A stretch of DNA of 64,000 bases from Candidatus Tectimicrobiota bacterium (GTDB lineage: Bacteria > JACPUC01): contig JACPUC010000027.1 in the NCBI GenBank assembly GCA_016192455.1, forward strand, positions 1-64,000, given 5' to 3'. Made by a program: the position numbers and the translations under genes. Each line of letters begins with the position of its first letter. Position 1 is the first letter of the stretch. Below the pieces are notes generated by a model. That model saw only the letters and a list, made by a program, of their open reading frames with translations, searched no databases and was not told where the DNA came from. Below, piece after piece: positions 27,772 to 38,548 of the stretch.

Positions 27772-28818
27772 ATGAGATGCTCAGCACCTCGAGCGGATGC
27801 GGCGCTGCCGCAGGGGAGCGCTGCGCCGCCGGTCGCGGCGGGTTTTCGCATCGGTCCCGTCCTGGTCTCCAATCCCTTCCTCCTGGCGCCGCTCTCCGGG
27901 TACAGCGACGCGGCGATGCGCCTCATCGCCCGGGAAGAAGGGGCGGGTTTCGCGTTCACCGAGATGATCAGTTGCATCGCCTACCTGCACGACAGCCGGC
28001 GAACGCTGCAGCGGGCCGCCTGGCTGCCGGAGGAGAAACCGTTCGGACTGCAGCTCATGGGCGCGGACGCGGACCTCATGCGGCGAGCGGCGGAGAAAGC
28101 GCAGCGCGACGGGGCCGACCTTCTCGATATCAACATGGGGTGTCCAGCCCGGCGCATCGTGAGAGCGGAGTCGGGTTCCGCCTTGATGCGCTCGCCGGAG
28201 AGCGCCGAGCGCATCATGCGGGCGACCGTGGCGAGTGTCGACATCCCGGTCACCGTCAAGCTGCGCAGCGGCTGGTCAAGGGAGATCGGCGACGCGCGGG
28301 CCGTCGCCGAGGCGGCGGAGGCGGCGGGCATCGCCGCGATCACCGTGCATGGCCGCACGCAGACCCAGAAGTTCGCTGGCAAGGCTGATTGGGAGGTGAT
28401 CCAGGCGGTGAAGGAGCGCGTGCGCATTCCCGTCATCGGCAACGGCGATGTCGAGACTGCGGTTGAGGCCGTCGCCAGGATGCGGGGCGCCGGCTGCGAC
28501 GGCGTGATGATCGGCCGCGGCGCCATCGGCCGGCCGTGGTTGTTCGCGGCGAGCCTCGCCCTCCTGACCACGGGGATGCTGCCGGAGCCGCCGGGCGGCG
28601 AGGCGCTGCTGCGCCTGATGCTGCGCCACCTGGGCTACCTGCAGCGCCTCTACCCCGCGGGCCAGGGGCTGCTGCGCTTCCGCAAGCACTGCGCGGCGTA
28701 CCTGCGCGGCTGGCCGCAGAGCAAGGCGCTGCGCGCCCATCTGCACACGCTGTGCGACCCTGCCGCGGTCGAGGCGGCGCTGGTGGGATACTTCAGCGGC
28801 GGCCACGCCTCCGCGTAA
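27772..28818 (+). CDS. dusB: tRNA-dihydrouridine synthase
   Basis: LAPLSGYSD, DINMGCP, VTVKLRSGW, HGRT, GNGDV and MIGRGAIGRPW motifs. Confidence 0.9.
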   Translation: MRCSAPRADAALPQGSAAPPVAAGFRIGPVLVSNPFLLAPLSGYSDAAMRLIAREEGAGFAFTEMISCIAYLHDSRRTLQRAAWLPEEKPFGLQLMGADADLMRRAAEKAQRDGADLLDINMGCPARRIVRAESGSALMRSPESAERIMRATVASVDIPVTVKLRSGWSREIGDARAVAEAAEAAGIAAITVHGRTQTQKFAGKADWEVIQAVKERVRIPVIGNGDVETAVEAVARMRGAGCDGVMIGRGAIGRPWLFAASLALLTTGMLPEPPGGEALLRLMLRHLGYLQRLYPAGQGLLRFRKHCAAYLRGWPQSKALRAHLHTLCDPAAVEAALVGYFSGGHASA

Positions 28819-28954
28819 CGGGTCGAATGGTTTGGGGGCGGGTTGGAGCGCGGAGGGAGGGTTCTTCTGGGGGGACCCTTGCTCCCCACACCCTCTACCC
28901 GCACGAGCCGCCGCGCCGCTCGCGTGCTAGGTGAGGAACGGAGGGGAGACGACG

Positions 28955-29728
28955 CTAGCGCTCCGCCACGATGCGCTCGATGAGCTTGCGGGCGCGGTTC
29001 GCCTGCCCCGAGGCGGGATACCGTTGCAGGAGCGTGTAGAGCTCGGTCAGCGCCGCGTCGAACCGGCCGAGGTGGAAGAGGGAGAAGCCTTTCTTGTAGA
29101 GCGCGTCGGGAAGTTTGTTGCCTTTCGGGAACTTCTCGAGCACGAGCTGGAAGGCGACGGAGGCTTGCTCATAGCGCTGCAGCAGCAGGTTGGACTCCCC
29201 CACCCAGTACTGCGCGTTGTCCGCCAGATCACTGCCGGGGTAGCGCTCGACGAAGGCCTGGAAGCCGCGGATGGCTGCCTCGTAGTTGCGTTCCATGAAA
29301 TTTGAGTAGGCGTGTTCGTAGAGCTCCTCGGCGCTGAGCTGCTGCGTCAGCGACGCAGCTTCCCGGGCCGACGATGGTTGGGCCGGGGCGCTCTCGCTCT
29401 TCATCTGGCTGCCACGCGCACCCGCCTCGATCTGCTGGGTCAGCAAGCTGACCTCGTCCCGCAACATGGTGAGACTCTTGCGGAGATCGCTCAGCCGCGT
29501 TTTTTGCTCGGTAAAACGATCATCAAGACTGCGAATCTTGGTCTCCAGCCGCTTGAAATGTTCGTCGAACTCTTCTTTCATTGCCACTCTCTCTTGGCGG
29601 AGCGTAAGGGCGGTTGGGAGTTCGGGATGAGGCTCGACTGGAGGCTGCGCGGCACATCCAACGAGCGCCACCGCCATCCCTCCCGTGAGCAACGGGATCC
29701 TGCTCCACATCCGGCGGCGCATGCTCAA
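28955..29728 (-). CDS. cpoB: Tol-Pal system protein CpoB/YbgF (coiled coil + TPR)
   Basis: Lipobox LVGC, coiled coil, YPGSDLADNAQYWVGE, KLPDALYK. Confidence 0.85.
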   Translation of the reverse strand: MSMRRRMWSRIPLLTGGMAVALVGCAAQPPVEPHPELPTALTLRQERVAMKEEFDEHFKRLETKIRSLDDRFTEQKTRLSDLRKSLTMLRDEVSLLTQQIEAGARGSQMKSESAPAQPSSAREAASLTQQLSAEELYEHAYSNFMERNYEAAIRGFQAFVERYPGSDLADNAQYWVGESNLLLQRYEQASVAFQLVLEKFPKGNKLPDALYKKGFSLFHLGRFDAALTELYTLLQRYPASGQANRARKLIERIVAER

Positions 29729-29918
29729 TCATACTCCGAGCAGAATCATCGACGATCCTCGCTGAACGTTACCACAGGGCTTGCTGGCAAGCAAGCGCCC
29801 GGCGCGTCTCCTCGCACCTCCCGGAGATCTCCCGGCTGACGGTTCAGAACCACCTCGGCCACCTCAGCGGGCGCGCGTTCCCGGCAGCCCCCTGCCGGGC
29901 CATTCCCAGCCTTCCTCG

Positions 29919-31643
29919 TTAGACGAAGTTGACCTCAAAGTGTTCCTGGTGGAGTTCGCGATCAGCTTTGATGATGATGTTCTTCTGCAGCTCCCACTCG
30001 AGGTGCTCGAGGTACCCCGGCGCTTCATCGAAGATGTAATCGGCCACCTCCGGGTGGACGCTCACCAGGACCTTCTGATGCGGGGCGGTCGACCTCTCGC
30101 CGCGGATGATCTCCCGGAAGACCTCGTGTCCCACGCTGGCGGGCGACTTCACGTAGCCGCGTCCCTGGCAGTACGGGCAGGGGCGGCAGAGCGTCCGCGC
30201 CAGACCTTCGCGCACCCGCTTGCGCGTCATCTCCACCAGCCCCAGCTCGGAGACCTTGAGGATATTGGTGCGCGAGCGATCGGTCTTCAGGGCGTTCTCC
30301 AGCGCCTGAAAGACTCGCTCCTTGCTCTCTTCGCGCTCCATGTCAATGAAATCGATGATGATGAGGCCGCCGAGGTTCCGCAAGCGCAGTTGGTAGACGA
30401 TCTCGTTGACGGCCTCCAGGTTGGTCGTCAGGATCGTCTCTTCGGCGTTGCGCGAGCCGACGAAACGGCCGGTGTTGACATCGATGGCCACCAGGGCCTC
30501 CGTCGCGTCGATGGTGATGTAACCGCCGGATTTCAACCAGATCTTGCTCTGCAAGGCGCGTTCGATCTCAATCTCGATGGCATAAGCGTCGAAGATCGGC
30601 TGCTCGCCGGTGTAGAGCTCGATCTTCGGTTCGAGGTGGGGCAGGTAGGAACGGACGAAGCGCACGCAGCGTTCATACTCTGCGGGATCATCGACGAGGA
30701 AACGATCGACGCTGCTGGAGAAGAGATCGCGGATGGAGCGGAGCACGAGATCGAGGTCGGGGTGAACGAGTTCGGGGGCGTTCTTCTGGCGCTCCGTCTC
30801 CTGGATGGTTCCCCACAGCCTCGTGAGGTAATCAATATCCGAGGCGAAGGCCTCCTCATTCATCCCTTCGCTCACGGTGCGCACGATGAACCCAGCCTGG
30901 GGCGGTTTGATGGTGAGGAGCAGGTCGCGCAGGCGCGTCCGCTCGTGCTCGTCTTCGATGCGGCGGGAGACGCCCACATGGTCGACGCCCGGCATGTAGA
31001 CGAGGTAGCGTCCCGCCAGCGTGATGAAGGTGGTGAGGCGGCACCCTTTGCTGCCGAGCGGCTCCTTGGACACCTGCACGAGGACCTCCTGCCCCTCGTG
31101 CAAGATCTCCTCGATGGCCGGCCGGCTGAGAAGGCCACCGGCTCCGCCCTCGCCCTGTTGCCCCTCCGGGCTGGCCGCGCTTCCCGTCAACGGACTCCCC
31201 GCCCCTTCGAGGAGAGGCATCCCCGCGACGCCCTCCTCTGACCCGCAGCCCGGAGCGAGCTCCGGCGCGTTCGCGGCTGCCGCGTCGCCGGCGCCGCCGG
31301 TCCTCCCTTCCATGCCGGGGCTCGCGGCGCCGCTGGCGGTAGTCGGCGGGGGGAGGTCTTCCTCGTCCGCGGAGACCACCAGCGCCTGCACCTGCTCGGC
31401 GGCGGGGAGGGGGCCGCCGTGGTTGATATCCGCCACATAGAGGAAGCCGGCCTTCTTCATGCCGATATCAACGAACGCGGCCTGCATGCCCGGCAGCACT
31501 TTCGAGACCCGCCCCTTGTAGATGTTGCCGACGACACCCTTGTCCCGTTCCCGCTCGATGAACAGTTCCGTCACCTGATGGTTTTCGACCAGCGCGACCC
31601 GCGTCTCGAAGTTGGTATGGTTAACGATGATCTCTGCGCCCAT
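29919..31643 (-). CDS. rng: Ribonuclease G (Rne/Rng family)
   Basis: GNIYKGRVSKVLPGMQAAFVDIG, IDVNTG and RLRNLGGLIIIDFIDM motifs. Confidence 0.93.
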   Translation of the reverse strand: MGAEIIVNHTNFETRVALVENHQVTELFIERERDKGVVGNIYKGRVSKVLPGMQAAFVDIGMKKAGFLYVADINHGGPLPAAEQVQALVVSADEEDLPPPTTASGAASPGMEGRTGGAGDAAAANAPELAPGCGSEEGVAGMPLLEGAGSPLTGSAASPEGQQGEGGAGGLLSRPAIEEILHEGQEVLVQVSKEPLGSKGCRLTTFITLAGRYLVYMPGVDHVGVSRRIEDEHERTRLRDLLLTIKPPQAGFIVRTVSEGMNEEAFASDIDYLTRLWGTIQETERQKNAPELVHPDLDLVLRSIRDLFSSSVDRFLVDDPAEYERCVRFVRSYLPHLEPKIELYTGEQPIFDAYAIEIEIERALQSKIWLKSGGYITIDATEALVAIDVNTGRFVGSRNAEETILTTNLEAVNEIVYQLRLRNLGGLIIIDFIDMEREESKERVFQALENALKTDRSRTNILKVSELGLVEMTRKRVREGLARTLCRPCPYCQGRGYVKSPASVGHEVFREIIRGERSTAPHQKVLVSVHPEVADYIFDEAPGYLEHLEWELQKNIIIKADRELHQEHFEVNFV

Positions 31644-31661
31644 CAGACCCCCAACGGCGTC

Positions 31662-34601
31662 TCAGGACCACGTTTGCCCCACTTTCACCACCTCGATCTC
31701 CAGGTCGTCCGCCCCTGCCGACGGGAAGAGGGCGCGGACAACCAGGTGGGGTTTCACAGAGCCTTCCAACGTCTGCCGCAGCCGCAGATGCAGACGCGCC
31801 TCCCCCTGGCGCTGCTGCCGCACCTCGAGCGCTTCGAGCAGGGGTCGCGCCTCGACCACCTTGGCCTGCTTACCGCGGCGGCCCTCCCCTTTCACGAGCG
31901 GCAGGCTGGAGCGCTCCAGGAAGGCGCGGACCATGGCCTGGAGCTCCTCCTCGCCGCGGAGTCGATCGAGGGCGGCGCCGCGCGCCGCCACCTCGTAGCT
32001 CACGCAGCGCGGCTGCAGGGTGAGGCCGGAGAGCAGGGTGACATCCTCGGCGCCGTCGATGCCTAGGCCCGCCGGCAGTTCGCGGTTCAAGGCCGCCTGC
32101 AGGAGGCCCGGCGCCATCCAGCGCTTCAGGCCGATGTCGCAGTACTCTTCCAGGCTCTCCACGCCCACCGGCAAGGCGGGGCCGAAGGAGAGCTTCGGCA
32201 GCGCGTTGTATCCCTGGGAGTAAGCAAGGGGCACCCCAAGGCGGCGCAAGGCGCGGTGGAACACCGTCTGCAATTCCAGGTGCGAGAGGTACTTCATCAG
32301 CCCTCGTTTGCTGTACCGCAGCCGAACCCGCTGGCGCACCGGCGATTGCGCCGCTGGGGTGCGCGCCGCGGGCATCGCGGCGGCGTGCGGCGCACGCGGC
32401 GCCGTCGCCCCGGCAATACCCCCCCCCGCGCCGGCGGCCGAGGCGGCGTCCGCCGCTGGGGCGGCAGGGCGCCCGTTGCCGACCGCCGCGGCCGGCGGGC
32501 TGACGGGAGCGCCGAAGCTGCTGCCCGACGGCTCGTTTTCCCTCCTGCCGTCGGCGCTCTGCGGCTGGGCGCCCTGGTGCAGCAAGAGGGGGAGATCGAG
32601 GCGCATCCCTTGCCGGTGTTCCAGCTCGGCCGCCAGACCCGGGACAAGGTCCGCCCCGCCGTGCTCATTGCGATAGGCGAACCACGAGGTGTTGCGGCGC
32701 GTGGTGGTGCAGTAGGGGAGGCCCGCCTGCTTCGCCATCCCCAGCAAGGGGCCGCAGGCCGTACAGCGCTGGTAACGGCAGTCATCGAGCGGCTGGCTCT
32801 CCAGGGCTCGTCTCTGCTCGCGCAGGTGAAACTTCTTGATCGTGTGGGAGTCGATGTGATCCCACGGCAGCGCCTCCTCCTCCTTAATGACGCGGTAGGC
32901 GTAAAAATCTGGCTGCAACCCAACCTGGGCGAACGCCTGCCGCCAGAGGGGCAGGCTGAAGTGCTCGTCCCAGCCCTCGAAGCGGCAGCCCAACTGGTAG
33001 GCGGCGTGGAGGACCTGCCCGAGGCGCCGGTCGCCGCGCGAGAAGACCGCTTCGAGGTAGCTGCTCTCGGGAGCGTGGAAGCGAAAGTGCACCGGCTTCT
33101 TCTTCAGGCGCTGGTAAAGGTAGTCCTGCTTCGCCCGCAGGCTTTCGAGCCGCTCTTGCGGCAGCCACTGGAAGGGCGTGTGCGGCTTGGGGACGAAGGA
33201 GGAGACGCCGAGGTTGATGTTCTTCAGCCGCTCCCCACGTTTGCCGCGCACGGCGAGGGCGTTCAGGCAGAGGCGCACGATGCCGTCGAGGTCGTCGGTG
33301 GTCTCGGTGGGCAAGCCGATCATGAAGTAGAGCTTCAACGACTCCCAACCCGCCGAGACGATCTCGTGGACGTTGCGCAGCAGGTCGGCCTCGGAGATCG
33401 TCTTGTTAATGACGGCCCGCAGGCGCTCCGTCCCCGCCTCCGGGGCGATGGTGAAGCCGGACTTGCGCACCCGGCCAACCTCGTGGATCAGCCTGGGGTT
33501 GAGCGATCCGGGCCGCAGGGAGGGGAGGGAGATCGCCACCGCCTCGTCTTCATGGCGCGCCACGAGGCGGGAGACGAGGGCGTCGAGCTCGCTGTAGTCG
33601 CCGGTGCTCAAGGAGAGGAGCGAGACGTTCTCGAAGCCGGTGGCGGCGAGGGAGGCGCGGACGATGGCGGCGATCGTCCGCGGCGTCCGCTCGCGGGTCG
33701 GGCGGGCGATGTAGCCGGCCTGGCAGAAGCGGCAGCCGCGCGTGCAGCCGCGCGCCACCTCCACGGCGACGCGTTCATGGACGATCTGCATGAACGGCAC
33801 GATGGGCCGCGTCGGCCAGGGGCTGGCATCGAGGTCCCAGACGAGGCGGCGCTCCACCGTCGGCGAGGGCGCCTGCGCGGCGTCGATGCGCGCCACCCGG
33901 CCGTCGGCATGGTGCGTCACCTCGAAGAGCCGCGGCACGTAGACGCCGCGCAGCTCCGCGCAGCTCCGCAGGAGCGTCTCCCGGCACGCGCCCTGACGCT
34001 GGGCGGCCTGGTAGGCGTCGATGATTTCGTGCACCACCTCTTCGCCATCGCCGATGACGAAGAGGTCCACGAAATCCGCCAGCGGCTCGGGGTTCACGGT
34101 GCAGGTGCCCCCGGCGATGACGAGGGGATGCGCCGCGGTGCGCCGCCGGCTGAGGAGAGGGACGCCGCCGAGATCGAGCATGGCGAGGAGGTTCGTGTAG
34201 CAGAGCTCGTACTGCAGGGTGAAGGCGACGATGTCGACCTCGCCGAGTGGCCAGGCCGATTCCAGGGTGCCGAGGGGGATCCCCTTGCGGCGCAGGAGCG
34301 CTTCGCAATCGAGGTCCGGGGCGAAGGCGCGTTCGGCGGCCACGTCCGGTCGATCGTTGAGGATGGTGTAGAGGAGCTGCAGTCCCAGGTGGGACATCCC
34401 CACTTCGTACTTGTCGGGGAAGCAGAACGCCACCGTCGTCGACACGCCGGCGAGGTCCTTGCGGATGCTGTTGATCTCCGTCCCCAGGTAGCGGGTGGGC
34501 TTGCTCACGAAGGGGAGGACATCGCGCTCAAGGCGGTCGCGCAGCGAGCGCGGACGGCGCAGCGGCGCCTGCGTTGGCTGCGGCAGCATGCTCGTCGCCA
34601 T
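31662..34601 (-). CDS. TIGR03960 radical SAM protein fused to TIGR03936 (DUF2344) domain
   Basis: FPDKYEVGMSHLG, RGCTRGCRFCQAG, APEAGTERLR; C-terminal YLSHLEL...PKLSFGPALPVGVES. Confidence 0.92.
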   Translation of the reverse strand: MATSMLPQPTQAPLRRPRSLRDRLERDVLPFVSKPTRYLGTEINSIRKDLAGVSTTVAFCFPDKYEVGMSHLGLQLLYTILNDRPDVAAERAFAPDLDCEALLRRKGIPLGTLESAWPLGEVDIVAFTLQYELCYTNLLAMLDLGGVPLLSRRRTAAHPLVIAGGTCTVNPEPLADFVDLFVIGDGEEVVHEIIDAYQAAQRQGACRETLLRSCAELRGVYVPRLFEVTHHADGRVARIDAAQAPSPTVERRLVWDLDASPWPTRPIVPFMQIVHERVAVEVARGCTRGCRFCQAGYIARPTRERTPRTIAAIVRASLAATGFENVSLLSLSTGDYSELDALVSRLVARHEDEAVAISLPSLRPGSLNPRLIHEVGRVRKSGFTIAPEAGTERLRAVINKTISEADLLRNVHEIVSAGWESLKLYFMIGLPTETTDDLDGIVRLCLNALAVRGKRGERLKNINLGVSSFVPKPHTPFQWLPQERLESLRAKQDYLYQRLKKKPVHFRFHAPESSYLEAVFSRGDRRLGQVLHAAYQLGCRFEGWDEHFSLPLWRQAFAQVGLQPDFYAYRVIKEEEALPWDHIDSHTIKKFHLREQRRALESQPLDDCRYQRCTACGPLLGMAKQAGLPYCTTTRRNTSWFAYRNEHGGADLVPGLAAELEHRQGMRLDLPLLLHQGAQPQSADGRRENEPSGSSFGAPVSPPAAAVGNGRPAAPAADAASAAGAGGGIAGATAPRAPHAAAMPAARTPAAQSPVRQRVRLRYSKRGLMKYLSHLELQTVFHRALRRLGVPLAYSQGYNALPKLSFGPALPVGVESLEEYCDIGLKRWMAPGLLQAALNRELPAGLGIDGAEDVTLLSGLTLQPRCVSYEVAARGAALDRLRGEEELQAMVRAFLERSSLPLVKGEGRRGKQAKVVEARPLLEALEVRQQRQGEARLHLRLRQTLEGSVKPHLVVRALFPSAGADDLEIEVVKVGQTWS

Positions 34602-34823
34602 GGGGGTCCTTTCTCCGTGACCAAGCGTGCAGCCGGGCTCCGTGGCGGGAGCGGCCTGCGCGGCTGCGTCGGCGCGGGGGCCCGTCCCGGCGCGCCTGCC
34701 TGTCTCACCCTGTGAGTATAGATACCTGGCGGCGCTCTTGTCTAGCCGTGGGATGGCGACGCACCCACGCGGCGCCGCGGCGGGGCGGTCGCGCTCACCG
34801 TGCGGCGCCGCACGGCGCTGCCG

Positions 34824-35924
34824 TCAGAACGAGTAGCGGCGGAGGCGGACGTTGAGGAGCAATCCAAAGGCGAACATCATGCTGACCAGGGAAGAACCGC
34901 CGTAGCTCATGAACGGCAGGGGGATGCCCACCACGGGAGCGACGCCGATGGTCATGCCGATATTGGCTGCCGTCGTCACGCTGAAGAGGACCACGATCCC
35001 CAGGGCCAGGAGGGCGCCGAGGCGGTCCCGGGCCTTCAGGGCGGTGGTCACGCCGCGCGCGATGAGCGCCAGGTAGAGGAGGATGAGGAGCGTGCTGCCG
35101 AAGAAACCGAGCTCCTCGCTCACCACGCCGAAGATGAAGTCGGTGTGCTTCTCGGGGAGGAAATCGAGGCGGCTCTGCGTACCCTGAAACATCCCTTTGC
35201 CCCAGACCCCGCCGGAGCCGATGGCGATGAGCGATTGCATGCTGTGGTAGCCGGCGCCGCGGGGGTCGCTGCCGGGGTTGAGGAGGGTGAGGACGCGGCT
35301 GCGCTGGTAGTCCTGCATCACCAGCCAGAGCAATGGCAGGGCTGCCAGCACGAGGGCGCAGAGGAGGAGGAAGGTGCGCCGTTGGATGCCGACGCAGAGG
35401 GCGAGGCCAACGAAGATCACCAGGATGATGAGGGCCGTGCCGAGATCGGGCTGCTTGACGATGAGGAGGAACGGCACGATGGTCAGGAGCGCGGGCTTCA
35501 GGAGGTCCAGCAGCCCGCGTGGGGTGAGCTTCTGGGACTCGGCGAAGTAGTGGGCCAGCGCCAGGATGAGGGCGATCTTGGCGAACTCCGAGGGTTGCAC
35601 GCGAACGCCGCCGACGCCGAGCCAGCGCTGCGCCCCCTGCACCGGCGGGCTGATGGTGAGGACCGCCAGCAGGCTGAGGACGGCGATGCCGTAGATGACG
35701 TAGGCGTACTTGCCAACGTAGTGGTAATCAACGAGGAGCGCGACGAGGAAGGCGACGAACCCGTAGGCCAGCCAGGTGAGCTGCTTGGTGTAGAGCTGGT
35801 GCAGCGGGCCGTCGGGTTTGCCGCTCGTGGCGCTGTAAATCGTCAGCACCCCCCAGCCGGCCAGCAGGAGCATGACCAGGAAGGTCAGCCAGTCGAAATT
35901 TTCCCTCAGGCGCCAGCTTCCCAT
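34824..35924 (-). CDS. rodA: Rod shape-determining protein RodA
   Basis: GAQRW, QPSEFAK, QPDLGT, LPEKHTDFIF and LPFMSYGGSS motifs. Confidence 0.95.
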   Translation of the reverse strand: MGSWRLRENFDWLTFLVMLLLAGWGVLTIYSATSGKPDGPLHQLYTKQLTWLAYGFVAFLVALLVDYHYVGKYAYVIYGIAVLSLLAVLTISPPVQGAQRWLGVGGVRVQPSEFAKIALILALAHYFAESQKLTPRGLLDLLKPALLTIVPFLLIVKQPDLGTALIILVIFVGLALCVGIQRRTFLLLCALVLAALPLLWLVMQDYQRSRVLTLLNPGSDPRGAGYHSMQSLIAIGSGGVWGKGMFQGTQSRLDFLPEKHTDFIFGVVSEELGFFGSTLLILLYLALIARGVTTALKARDRLGALLALGIVVLFSVTTAANIGMTIGVAPVVGIPLPFMSYGGSSLVSMMFAFGLLLNVRLRRYSF

Positions 35925-35997
35925 CGACAACTCCGAGCGCTGCGGGCTCTCACCCACCTCCTGCGGGTTCCTGCGGCATGCCGCGGCTGGCGCTTCG

Positions 35998-37908
35998 CTA
36001 CTCCGGGGCGCTGCCGGTGAGCTGCAACCTCGGCCCCTCCGACAAGGTCCTTGCCTGGCGCTCCGCGACCTGCACGTCGACGCCAAGGTGGGCCGCGATG
36101 AGCTGCCGGGCGATGGGGGCGAACTGGGAACCTCCCTTTCCTGAATGCTCGGCGAAGATCGCCACGGCAATCGTCGGCTCGTCGAACGGCGCGAAGGCGA
36201 CGAACCAGCTATGATCGCGGAAGCGCTCGGGAATCTCCGCCGGTTCCTTGTCCTTGGGGTCGGGGGAGAGGCGGATGACTTGGGAGGTGCCGGTCTTGCC
36301 CGCCACCACGACGTTCCGCAGCTTGGCCCGCCAGCCGGTCCCGTGGGCCGCGTTCACCACGTCTCGCAGTCCCTGCCGCACCCGGGCCAGGTTTTCAGGC
36401 TGCGCCGGCAGGTAGCCGACGATGTGGGGTGAGCCGACGCGCAGGGTGCGCGGGGGAGCCGTTCCCAGCTCGCTGGTGATGCGTTTGAGCACGTAGGGTT
36501 GGTAGAGCGTGCCGCCGTTGGCAACGGCGCTGATGAGCTCGGCCTGCTGGATCGGCGTCACCAAGTTGTACCCCTGGCCGATGGCGATCGAGATGGTTTC
36601 TCCAGGATACCACGGCTGGCCAAGGACGCGTTCTTTCCAGCGCGTGGTGGGGATGAGACCCCCCTTCTCGTTGGGTAAGGCGATGCCGGTGGGTCGCCCC
36701 AAGCCGAAGCCCTGGGCGTACTTGGCGATGGCGTCCACGCCGAGGCGCTGGCCAAGCTGGTAGAAGTAGACATCGCACGACTCCGACAAGGCCCGCCGCA
36801 AGGAGAGATAGCCGTGCCCGCCCTTCTTCCAATCATGGTAGACGCGGTCGCCGAAGCTGTAGAAGCCTGGGCAGAAGAGCTCTTCCTGCGGGGTGATCGC
36901 CTTCTCCTCCAGGGCGGCGATGGCCACGATGATCTTGTACACGGAGCCGGGTGGATACTGGCCTTGCAGGGCGCGGTTCTGCAGAGGATTCTTCGGGTCC
37001 TGCTGGAGGGCCTGCCAGATCGTCGGGGACAAGCCGCTGACGAACTGGTTCGGATCGTAGGCGGGCTGGCTGACGAGCGCCAGCACCTCGCCGTTCCGCG
37101 GATCAAGGGCGACCACCGCGCCCGCCTGGCTGCCGAGGAGGGTGGCGGCGAGCTGCTGCAACCGCCAGTCAATGGTGAGGTAGAGGTCGTTCCCCGGCGT
37201 CGAGGGCACCCTGCGGATGCCCCGCACCTCCTGGCCGTGGGCATCCACCTCCATCTCTTTGTAGCCGTTCTCGCCGCGCAGCTCGCGGTCGTAGACGAGC
37301 TCGACGCCGGTCTTGCCGATCAGATCGCCGGGCCGGTAGAGGCGCTCGCCGGCGCGATCCTGCGCGAGCTGCTGCTCGGTGACCTCGCCGACGTAGCCGA
37401 GGACGTGGGCCAGTTGCGGGCCATAGAGGTAGTGCCGAATCGGCTCCACCTCGAGCTGCACCCCAGGGAGGTCGAACTTGTGTTCCTCGAAGAAGGCCAC
37501 GTCGCGGCGGTTGAGATCTCGCCGGATGAGAATGGGCATGAACGGCGGCGCCGTCTCGATCTTGCGCCGCAGCCAGCCGCGCTCGAGGTCGAGCCGCTGG
37601 CTCAGGACGGCGATGGTCTGTTCGAGGTCGCCAAGGTCTTGACGCACCACGAAAAGGTTCAAGGCGGGTCGCGTGGCGGCGAGGGGCACGCCGTGGCGAT
37701 CGAAGATGCCGCCCCGCCGGCTCGCCAGGCGAACCTGCCGCAAGCGGTTGTTCTCCGACAGCTCGCGGAAGGCCTGGCCGCGCAGCACCTGCACCTGCCA
37801 GAGACGGAAGAGGAGGACCACGAAGACCAGCACGACCAGCATGCCGAGGATCTGGACGCGCCGGCGGAAATTCGTGAATTCGGCGTGGCTGTATTTATCG
37901 CGATTCAC
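35998..37908 (-). CDS. mrdA: Penicillin-binding protein 2
   Basis: YPPGSVYK (SxxK), SCDVYFY and GKTGTSQ motifs. Confidence 0.95.
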   Translation of the reverse strand: MNRDKYSHAEFTNFRRRVQILGMLVVLVFVVLLFRLWQVQVLRGQAFRELSENNRLRQVRLASRRGGIFDRHGVPLAATRPALNLFVVRQDLGDLEQTIAVLSQRLDLERGWLRRKIETAPPFMPILIRRDLNRRDVAFFEEHKFDLPGVQLEVEPIRHYLYGPQLAHVLGYVGEVTEQQLAQDRAGERLYRPGDLIGKTGVELVYDRELRGENGYKEMEVDAHGQEVRGIRRVPSTPGNDLYLTIDWRLQQLAATLLGSQAGAVVALDPRNGEVLALVSQPAYDPNQFVSGLSPTIWQALQQDPKNPLQNRALQGQYPPGSVYKIIVAIAALEEKAITPQEELFCPGFYSFGDRVYHDWKKGGHGYLSLRRALSESCDVYFYQLGQRLGVDAIAKYAQGFGLGRPTGIALPNEKGGLIPTTRWKERVLGQPWYPGETISIAIGQGYNLVTPIQQAELISAVANGGTLYQPYVLKRITSELGTAPPRTLRVGSPHIVGYLPAQPENLARVRQGLRDVVNAAHGTGWRAKLRNVVVAGKTGTSQVIRLSPDPKDKEPAEIPERFRDHSWFVAFAPFDEPTIAVAIFAEHSGKGGSQFAPIARQLIAAHLGVDVQVAERQARTLSEGPRLQLTGSAPE

Positions 37909-37993
37909 CGTGAGGCTCTACCTTACTCCGGGAAGGGCAGCGGCAACAGGATTCGCCCCCACTCCACCTGCGTAGCGGCGCGGCGGTCGGGGT

Positions 37994-38536
37994 TCAGGGC
38001 GGCGCTGCGGCGGCGCCGCGCAGGCGCACCAGACCGCCGATGAGGTCCGACGGCAGGCGGAAGAGTGCGCGCAGTCGTTCGATGCCGACAATGACCACGG
38101 GGGCCAGCGCCCCGCTGACGACGATCTGCAAGAGCAACAGGGGCAAGGCTTGCGCGGCGCCGACGGTGGCGGGCGAGACGGTTCGGGTGAGGCCAAGGAA
38201 GAAGACGCCATCCACGAGGCTCAGGAAGCTCGTGACGACGAGTTGCGTCAGCCAGGTCGTTGATCGGAGGTGGCGTTGCACCAGGCCGAGGGAAAAGACG
38301 AAGACGGCCTTCGTCAGCAGGTTGGTCCCCACCAGGCCGCTTCCCAGCGTGTCCTGCAGCAGCCCCAGGACTGCCCCCACCACCAGGCTTCTGTTCAAGT
38401 TCCAGTAAAGGCCGAAGTAGACGGTGGCGATGAGGCAGAGATCGGGTCGCGCCCCCCACAGCGCGAAGGGCCCAAACAACGTCGTCTGCGCCAGCAGCGT
38501 GGCGAACACCGTCAGGCTCGCGAACAGGGCGAACAC
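37994..38536 (-). CDS. mreD: Rod shape-determining protein MreD
   Basis: Hydrophobic, RPDLCLI, GLLQD; lies between mreC and mrdA. Confidence 0.85.
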   Translation of the reverse strand: MFALFASLTVFATLLAQTTLFGPFALWGARPDLCLIATVYFGLYWNLNRSLVVGAVLGLLQDTLGSGLVGTNLLTKAVFVFSLGLVQRHLRSTTWLTQLVVTSFLSLVDGVFFLGLTRTVSPATVGAAQALPLLLLQIVVSGALAPVVIVGIERLRALFRLPSDLIGGLVRLRGAAAAPP

Positions 38537-38548
38537 GCAGGCACCCCC

